Assembly (NCBI GenBank): GCA_043228905.1 | Contig: JBHGNT010000728.1 | Coordinates: forward strand, 1 to 16,677 | Direction of reading: 5' to 3' | DNA length: 16,677 nucleotides | Origin: Azolla caroliniana | Taxonomy: Eukaryota; Plantae; Polypodiophyta | In this document: piece after piece, positions 8,899-16,677 of the stretch | Position numbering within the stretch: the stretch's first letter is position 1 | Layout: each line of letters begins with the position of its first letter | Translations under genes and position numbers: made by a program | The notes under the pieces: model-generated | Told to the model about the DNA's origin: nothing | Seen by the model: only the letters and a program-made list of their open reading frames with translations | Database searches by the model: none

Positions 8899-10834
8899 AG
8901 AAATAGAGTCTCTGATCTCGCAAGAAGTTCTAATGATTGGGTTTCATTTGAGCAAGCTTTATTAAATGAATACATGCTTGGTGACATAATCCGAGCATCA
9001 AGGAGGAGTTTCTTGGATTGGGTGGACAAAGAGGACAAGAAGATTTCAATGATGGAGTTGTTGAAAGAGTTTGAAGCTCGTTATAATCAATTAACAACGA
9101 ATGAAAGGACTCTTTTGGTCCAAGAGAAGAAAGGTCATATTATTCTTAAAGGCATCAGACCGATCCTATCGAGAAAAATTAGTTGCATTCCTTGAAGACT
9201 GAAATACACCGACTAGTGCTGATTGGAATTGAGTACATGAATCTTGCAACTGAATGAACAAAAGAGCCCAATGGTGTGAGGATCTTTCAATTACCGAAGG
9301 TATGAAAGATGAAGTGAAGACAAGCATCAAGGAGGATATTGGGAGTCCGTCAACTATTTCCAAGGTACCCGAAACAATGATGGACGATCTTATCAAAGGT
9401 ATAAAAGATATTTCATTACATGTTGCAAAGCTAACGGAAGAAAAATCCTCACAACCCCAAAAAGATTATGAAAGAAGATGCATATGGTGTGATAGCGTCG
9501 ACCATTCAAGAGGAGGGTGTGATAACTATCAAGAAGCGATAGAAAGAGGGGTGATATTCTTCAAAGATGGTAAGATTCATTCTTCTAAAACTCGATTACC
9601 TCTCCGAACTAACTTTAGAAGAGGTGGTATGAGAAGGATCATCGAAGATGCGGAAATAACTAGGACACAAGTTGTCTATCAACCAACAACTACAGTCATC
9701 CATGTTGGTGAAGGAGGATTTGAATCTGAATTTTGGACGTGTATTTTGAAAGCTGCAAGAAAGGGTAAAATCGAGTTTGAAAAGTTGAAGTCTGGAGGTG
9801 ATGCTATCCGAAGCAAAACTAGTTGGGAAGACCCAATGGATGACCTCTCAACTTTCGCGAAGTTTGCAACAACCCAAGCCCATGAAGTGATCATCGAAGA
9901 GAAACGGAAATGGGTAGAAAATGAAGATAACAAGAAAAGGGAGCTAAGAAGCGCTAAAAAAAGGGAAACAAAAAGTCCAAAAAGGGTAAGCCCTGACATT
10001 GAAAAAGGCAACGATAAGAAGAGTCTCACATTCAAATTATTATCTAATATTGAAGCTTCAACTGATTTAAAAAAAGTATTGGAAGAAAGAATTTTAGATA
10101 GTGAAGTGGAACTTTCCTTGAGGGAACTTTTGGGCATAGCTAAAAAAGAATTTCATGATGCAATAATAGATGGAATTAAAAGAAAACGACAAAGTATTGA
10201 AACCGTTGAAAACCCAGGAAGTGAAGTAAAGAAAGCAACGGTGGAAGTCCTCAAAGGTGAACCAAGCTCTTCCATTGTTGGTACACAAGCTATTGCGATG
10301 ACAACTTTTGAAGAGAAGCTGAAAGAGCTAAAAAGCTACTATGCTAGGAAACATTGGGCAAGAGCAACAACTGAGACACCCGTGAAGATTGAAAACCTTG
10401 AAGATCCGATTGTGGCCTTAATTGTCCACGGGTCAGAAATTAATCTAATTTCTTATGATATTTATAGGAAAGGTGGATGCCCAATGGAAACAAATCATGG
10501 GTGGAGGGTAAAATCGGCTAATTCAACATCCAAGCAACTTCATGGAGCTTGCCCAAACATCAAAGTTACTATTGGAGTTGTGCCAATGGAGCAACATTTC
10601 TTTATCCAAAAGACCTCGTCATATCCAGTGATTCTTGGTCAACCATATATCACATCTTCTAGGATGGAGACAAAGGTGCTTGAAGATGGATCGACATATG
10701 CTAGAATTCGGAGTATTGATGGTAAAAGGAGTGTTCAATCTCTTATTGTTAGGAAGGAGCATGATAGAAATAAAGAAGAATTACGAATTAACTCATGTGA
10801 GCATGATATGTCATCTTATGAGTCGGATTTTTAA
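8897..10834 (+). pseudogene. Ty3/gypsy gag (5'-truncated) with CCHC knuckle and aspartic protease
   Basis: CIWCDSVDHSRGGC knuckle, protease region IVALIVHGSEINLIS...PVILGQPYI (catalytic D>V), frameshift near 9130 and stops before 9254. Open 9254-10834. Confidence 0.9.
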
Positions 10835-10888
10835 ATAGGATCATTGATGGGCAAGGACACAATGGTCCCAAAGCTTTTCTTTCCTTGC
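10825..10888 (+). promoter_or_regulatory. Predicted -1 programmed ribosomal frameshift signal (slippery heptamer plus H-type pseudoknot)
   Basis: G GAT TTT (10825-10831) followed by the 0-frame stop TAA. The -1 frame is open into pol. Stem 1 is 10838-10846/10860-10868 and stem 2 is 10851-10857/10882-10888. Confidence 0.75.
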
Positions 10889-12489
10889 AAAAATATTTTC
10901 TAATTAATAAAACAATCAATACTTTGTCTAATACAATGAATGGATTTACCTGTTACTTTGGTGTGGAAAGTCATGCACAAAATAAAGGGAACAGGAAGAT
11001 GTTGGATGCATTGTGCACTTCAGGGATGATTGAAAGGGATGACATAATTTCTGGTATGTTTCTTGAATATTCAGATATGGATATAGTCAAAATATTAGAA
11101 AATTGCTTGAATGAGAAAGAATGCGACAAGAGATTTGTTCATGTAAATTTTGTTGATATGTACCTTCATATTGTTGATTTTATTGAAAAAAATGGTTGTT
11201 TAGCTAATAGTGAAATAGTTGGCAATAGCTATCATGAAATGGCTAAAAAAGCAAGTAAAAATAGTTATGCAATAAAAGTTAACACTAAATATAAAACAAT
11301 AGACAAAAAGGTCAAGCCCGTGGCCATGCATCTACCTATGGATAGTACTAAAATGAAAAAGAATGTTGCGTTTGAGCCAACATTGCGGGATTCTAAGGAT
11401 ATTGGTCATAAGTTTACAAATGCTACTCTAGATCAACTAAAATTTGGTGAGAATGATTTTCTTTTGCCTGTTGAGATACAATGTTTTCAAAATATGATTG
11501 CTAGTCATGGGAAAGCATTTGCATTTGAGTTGAGTGAAATTGGTTATGTAGACCCAACAGTTGTGGAACCAATGATTATATTTACAGTTCCGCATATTCC
11601 TTGGGATTTAAGGCCTATCCCTGTTCCTCGGGCCCAAATACTGCAAGTAATAGCTTTGCCTAAGGAAAAAATAGAAATGGGTATCTTGGAGCCATCAGAT
11701 GCCCCCTACTCGAATAACTGGTTTACTGTACCTAAAAAGAACGGTTCATTAAGGTTCATTCAGGATTTACAGCTTGTCAATAGAGTTACTATTCGAAACA
11801 TCGGTGTTGGACCGATTGTAGATGCTTTTGCAAAAGCTTTCGCAGGAAGAGCTATATATTCTATGTGTGATTTCTATTTAGGATATGATCAATTTCAGCT
11901 TGCTATTGATAGTCATGATATAACTACTATAAGAACACCAATTGGATTGATGCGAATGTGTACATTGCCTTAAGGTGCTACAAATTCTGTAGCACATATG
12001 GTGATTGCTATGAATAAAATTTTAAAAGATTTTGTACCAAAAATAACTATGCCTTTTCTAGATGATGTTCCAATTAAAGGATGCTCGATGAATAAGAAGG
12101 ATGAAAAACTCATGCCGAACGGATGTAGAAAGTTTGTTGCAGACCACATTGATGCTTGTGAAAGAATCCTTTCAAGGTTAGAAGAGGTTCATCTTACATT
12201 TTCAGGTCAAAAATCTATGTTTGGGGTTCAAGAAGGTCTGATTGCAGGGCACATGTGTGGACCCTACAGAAGAAAACCATCCCCAATTAAGGTAAATGCA
12301 ATTCAAATTCCAAATGATGATTGTAAATCTCGAACAGAAGTGTGTAGGTTTTTGGGTGCTTGTGTGTTTTACCGAATTTGGATTCCACATTTCGCACATG
12401 TGGCTGATCCGCTTTATGAGTTGCTTAAGAAGAATTCAAGTTTCCTTTGGACTAATGTACATGTACAGATGCAATTCGCCAACTAAAAT
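10825..12489 (+). pseudogene. Ty3/gypsy pol: spacer plus reverse transcriptase, cut by a copia insertion before RNase H
   Basis: KYKTIDKKVKPV, WFTVPKKNGSLRFIQDLQ, GYDQF, TLP*GATNS (TAA 11971-11973, likely from CAA), PFLDD (FLDD 12055-12066) and FLGACVFYRIWIPHFA. Confidence 0.92.
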
Positions 12490-12808
12490 TGTAGGAGATG
12501 AACAAGGCCGTCAGTGCGGAAGAGATCACACAGTATGAATCTATGAGGAAGAAATACCTGCATATGAGAGAGTCAAGAACAAATTACATACAGAGAGAGA
12601 GAGAGAGAGGCACAAAGAATATATCTATATTCATAAAGGGGCAACCATTACAACAATGAACAACCAACCTTTACAAAAGGTTACAAAATCACTTTATATA
12701 GTGACTCACTTAGGGCAACTGCCCTTTATGTTATTTACAGAAATAGCCCGAACTTGGGCTCTCTAAGAGGATAGTGTGAATACGTCCATTATACATTTGT
12801 ATTCGACA
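12490..12808 (-). mobile_element. 3' LTR (319 bp) of the minus-strand copia element
   Basis: Plus strand TGTAGG...TCGACA. Minus-strand PPT AGGGGAG abuts at 12809-12815. TATATAAA at about 12693-12700. Gypsy RT homology stops at 12489, so the expected TSD is AAAAT. Confidence 0.85.
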
Positions 12809-13002
12809 CTCCCCTGTAATGGGCGTATACATGGGTTATCTAAAAAATACAGGTATAGGCATAGGTTCTCGGACAGGTCGGTTTTGTTCGAATCGGCATG
12901 ATCCGTAGACAGAAGACCGAACTGGTCGGGTCGGAAAAGCTGAAGACGATCGTTAGTGAACCGATGTTTGTTGTCCGAAACCATCCTGCACTATGTCTGG
13001 CT

Positions 13003-16000
13003 TCAACCGAACCGATATGTTGTTACGCCCATCTGTTGCCGAAGAGACCGGAACCGATCTGCCGAAAGACACTTGGTCATTCCATCTGCGACATTATCGG
13101 TTGTGGATATCTTCTCTAAACCGATTTTCCCGGAAATGACGCAGTCCCGAACGAAGTGATATCGAACTTCGATATGCTTGGAGGCGTTGTGATGAACCGG
13201 ATTTTTCGACAAAGCAACATCACTCTGACTGTCGCTGTAGACAACTGGAGCCGAGTCGGAGTCGACTTGCCGAAACGTGTGCGCCAGCCGACCGAGCCAT
13301 AAAGCTTCTTTCGCTGCGTCGGAGGCAGCTACATATTCTGCTTCGGTCGTTGAGGTGGTTGTGCACTCCTGAAGTTTCGACTTCCACGAGATTGCTCCAT
13401 TGCCGAATTTAAAGCAATATCCGGTTGTTGACTTGCAACTGTCCACACAACCGGCGAAGTCCGAGTCGGTGTAACCGGCTATGCCTGAAGTTGAGTTCGG
13501 ACCGAAAAGGATGTCGTGGTCTTTTGTGCCGGCTAAATATCTGAACACATGCTTGACTGCGTTCCAGTGAGATCGGCCGGGATTGTGCATAAATCTGTTG
13601 ATGACTCCTACGGCATGAGAAATATCAGGCCGTGCCGCGACCATCGCGTACATCAGAGAGCCTATTGTCGGTGCATACGGTACCGACTTCATGTCTTCCC
13701 CCTCCGGACCGGATGTCAGGCAGTCTCGTTGAGAAAGCCGAAGATGAATGGGGAGTGGGGTCGAAGCAGACTTGGCTGATTGCATGTTGAAGCGTTCCAA
13801 GACACGTCCGATGTAGTCGGTTTGAGACAGAAAAAGTTGTCTTTTGGCGCGATTCCGACTAATCTTCATTCCGAGTATGTGTCTTGCCGGACCAAGGTCC
13901 TTCATGGCAAATTTCAATCGCAGTTTCCAAACGAGTTCGGTGAGCTCTCCAGTATGCCGACCGGAGAGTAGCATGTCGTCCACGTAGATGATGAGGAAGA
14001 CGGGAGACCGTCTTGAGCTGTTTTGGTGAAGAGGCAGTGGTCCTCATCGCTCTTGGAGAAGCCGACCGACTGGATGAAATCGTCGAACTTCTTGTACCAC
14101 TGTCAGGGTGCCTGTTTCAGGCCGTAAAGACTCTTCCTGAGTCGGCAAACTAGATGTTCCTGACCGGTGGCCACAAAGCCTTTCGGCTGCTCCATGTAGA
14201 TTTCCTCCTTTAGATCACCGTGGAGGAATGCCGTTTTCACATCTAGCTGAATCAGCTCCAAATTGTCGGCGGCCACAACACCGAGCATGAAACGAAGGGT
14301 TGTCATTTTCACCACTAGTGAAAAGATTTCGTCGAAGTTGACGCCATATTCCTGTCGAAATCCCTTCGCAACTAATCTGGCCTTGTACTTTGGGGTGGTC
14401 GAGTCGCACGTCTCCTTTAGTCTATAGACCCACTTGCAAGGAAGAGCACGTCGATTCTTCGGTAAGTCGACCAGATCCCAAGTCTTGTTGGCGCGAATGG
14501 AGGGCATTTCCGACTCCATTGCCAAATGCCAGGTGGTTGAATCGACAGTTGCCGATGCTTCTTCGTAGGACGTCGGTTCACCGGCGTCAGTGAAGAAAAT
14601 TCCGGGAGAGTACCTCTCCAGAGGTTGCAACAGTCTCTCAGATCTTCGAGGTATGACTGGACTGGTCGCATCGAGTGTCGATGTCGGATGGTCAGAAGCC
14701 GAGCCATTCGGCTATGTCGAATCTGTGGATTCAGTGCGAGAGAAGTCGGTTACCCGTGAAACTGGTCTCATGTTGTGTGTTGGGCCGTCATGAAGGGTTG
14801 GCACTTTGGAAAATATTACCCTTCGGACTTCAATAGGCCTTTTGGCCATTTTGTGCATAGTTGACTCGTTGAACACGACGTCCGAACTTCGGACGATTTG
14901 CCTGTGCTCGGGGTCCCAGAGTCGGTATCCGATCTCACCGTCGGGTCCGTACCTGAGGAAAACGCATTTCCTTGATCTCGGTTCGAGCTTTCGGCGGTCG
15001 TCTTTCGGTATGAGAGCGTATGCCTCGCAACCGAAAATCCTCAGCTTATCATAATTCGGCTTTCTTCCGGTCCATATTTCCTGAGGTATCTTAAGTCCTA
15101 GAGGTCTACATGGCGACATATTGATTATGTGTACTGCCGTGAGTAGAGCCTCTGCCGAGAAGCCATCTGACAGTCCAGAGTGTTGGAGCATGGATACAAC
15201 GCGTTCTTGAATCGTCTGATTCATGCGTTCTGCGATTCCGTTCTGCTCCGGACTATATGGTGTCGTATATTCACATCTAATGTTGCGTTCTCGACAAAAT
15301 TTGACGAATTCATCAGATTTGAACTCACCTCCATTGTCGGTTCGGAGACACTTCAGTTTCCGACCGGTCTGGTTTTCGACCATTGCAAGCCAATCTGAGA
15401 AGATCGAGAACACCCGATCTTTGGTTCTGATGGGGTAAGCCCACACCTTCCGAGTCGAGTCGTCAATGAAACTGACGAAGTACGAGGCACCACCTGAGTG
15501 ACTAATGTGGCATCGGGCCACAGACGTTCGAGTGGACCAAATCAAGCGGGCTCGACTCTCTTGGTGCTGATGTCGGGTGTGATGCGGCTACCTGTTTGCC
15601 GTACTGGCAATGCTCGCAAAACTGATGGTCCGAGAAGGAGAGTTTCGGGATGTATCCGGCTCTGGATAGGTGCGTGATGCCGGTCTTGCTGAGGTGTCCA
15701 AGTCGTCCATGCCATAAGGATGACACAGGGATATCTACCAGAAATAAGTCACCCTCTCTGAGTGTGACATACAAAGGGTACAATGAGTGTACCTTTGGTC
15801 CTCTAGCAAGCAGGAGGTTCCCTCTGTGGAGTGTCCACCCTCCTGATGAGAAACCAGCACGGATGCCAGCTTCATCAAGTTGTCCGACTGAGATCAAGGG
15901 TCGTGAGAGCTCAGGAACGTGTCAGACGTTGTGTAGTACGAGTGTAGACCCACCCGGAAGGTTGAGCTCTACAGTGCCGATTCCGATGATAGCACAGTGC

Positions 16001-16677
16001 TGCGAATTTCCGACTCGAACTGAGTCGGAGTGTTGGTCCGAATATTGCCGAAACTGTGATCGGTGAGGTGTCACGTGATACGACGCGCCCGAGTCCAGAA
16101 GCCATGTGCTTGATTCCTCAATCGTAAGCAGAACTTCTGATTCGACTGGATTCTCTATGGACAATATGTTCAGGTCGGTCGTCAATATCTCGGCTGAAGA
16201 GCCGACGTAGTTGACTTCCTCATGTCGGTTACTCCTCTTATCAGCTCTCTGAGCTTTGTCTGTCTTTGACTTGAGTACCCGACAGTCGGCCTTGATGTGT
16301 CCCAGTTTCTTGCAGTAGTTGCAGATTCGGGTTTCCCGGGACTTGCTGCGGCTTCGCTGATTTGTCGACGGTCGGGAAGAACTTCTTCCCCAGTTGTTCA
16401 ATCAGTCGGTCGAACCTTGTACTACATAGGCTTCTTCTGCCGAATATTTGGTGAAAGACTTTCTCCGAGCTGCTTCAGTCAGGATTGCACTTGTGACTTC
16501 GGAGTACTTGATGGCAGTCGTAGAAGCGTTGCACACAGTTGTAACGAAGGTTTCCCAAGAGGAGGGGAGACTGCTCATGAGTATCATCGCTCTAAGTTCA
16601 TCCTCGATTGTCGTCCCCTGTGACGAGATTTGGGAGCTCAAACTTTCGTACTCGTTAAGGTGTGCCTGAACCGAATC
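13003..16677 (-). pseudogene. Ty1/copia (Tork/Tnt1-like) gag-pol: gag, zinc knuckle, protease, integrase, RT, RNase H; continues beyond the window
   Basis: LMSSLPSSWETF, CNYCKKLGHIKADC, WLLDSGASYH, LWHGRLGH, LRTDNGGEF, QNGIAERMN, YKARLVAKGF, QLDVKTAFLHG, YVDDMLL, GYTDSDFAG, KHIEVRYHFVRD and ADGMTK, in copia order. Stops at 16402, 15922, 14712 and 14103, with frameshifts near 15505 and 14010. Confidence 0.96.

Noticed and set aside
8890-8905. Autointegration as the cause of the inversion
   Set aside because: Autointegration junctions involve an LTR end, whereas this one joins integrase directly to gag.
9679-10137. 152-aa antisense Ser/Leu/Phe-rich ORF, and other antisense ORFs over pol genes
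   Set aside because: These are shadow frames of purine-rich TE coding strands with no recognisable motifs.

Overview
A eukaryotic, almost certainly land-plant, nest of decayed transposable elements with no intact protein-coding gene. The element mix suggests a non-seed plant such as a fern, which is inference only. From left to right: a disabled intronless Alba-family gene copy (20-425); a 5'-truncated RTE/RTE-X-like LINE on the minus strand with a 3' stem-loop and (CT)32 tail, split by a solo LTR with an AAAGC target-site duplication (TSD); one end of a probable hAT element; the chromodomain, polypurine tract (PPT) and 3' LTR of a chromovirus inserted into a deleted Ty1/copia pol; a rearranged tRNA-Trp-primed Ty3/gypsy complex (5055-12489) with one LTR shared by two units, an internal inversion and a hAT MITE with an 8-bp TSD; and a Tork/Tnt1-like copia element on the minus strand running off the right edge. 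The best candidate for something undescribed lies in the gypsy family: a complete -1 ribosomal frameshift cassette (G GAT TTT, 6-nt spacer, H-type pseudoknot) placed between protease and RT. It is present in both copies, with substitutions that keep pairing. The LTRs of this family also carry an antisense tRNA-like Pol III A-box/B-box module. Family names come from recalled motifs, not database searches.
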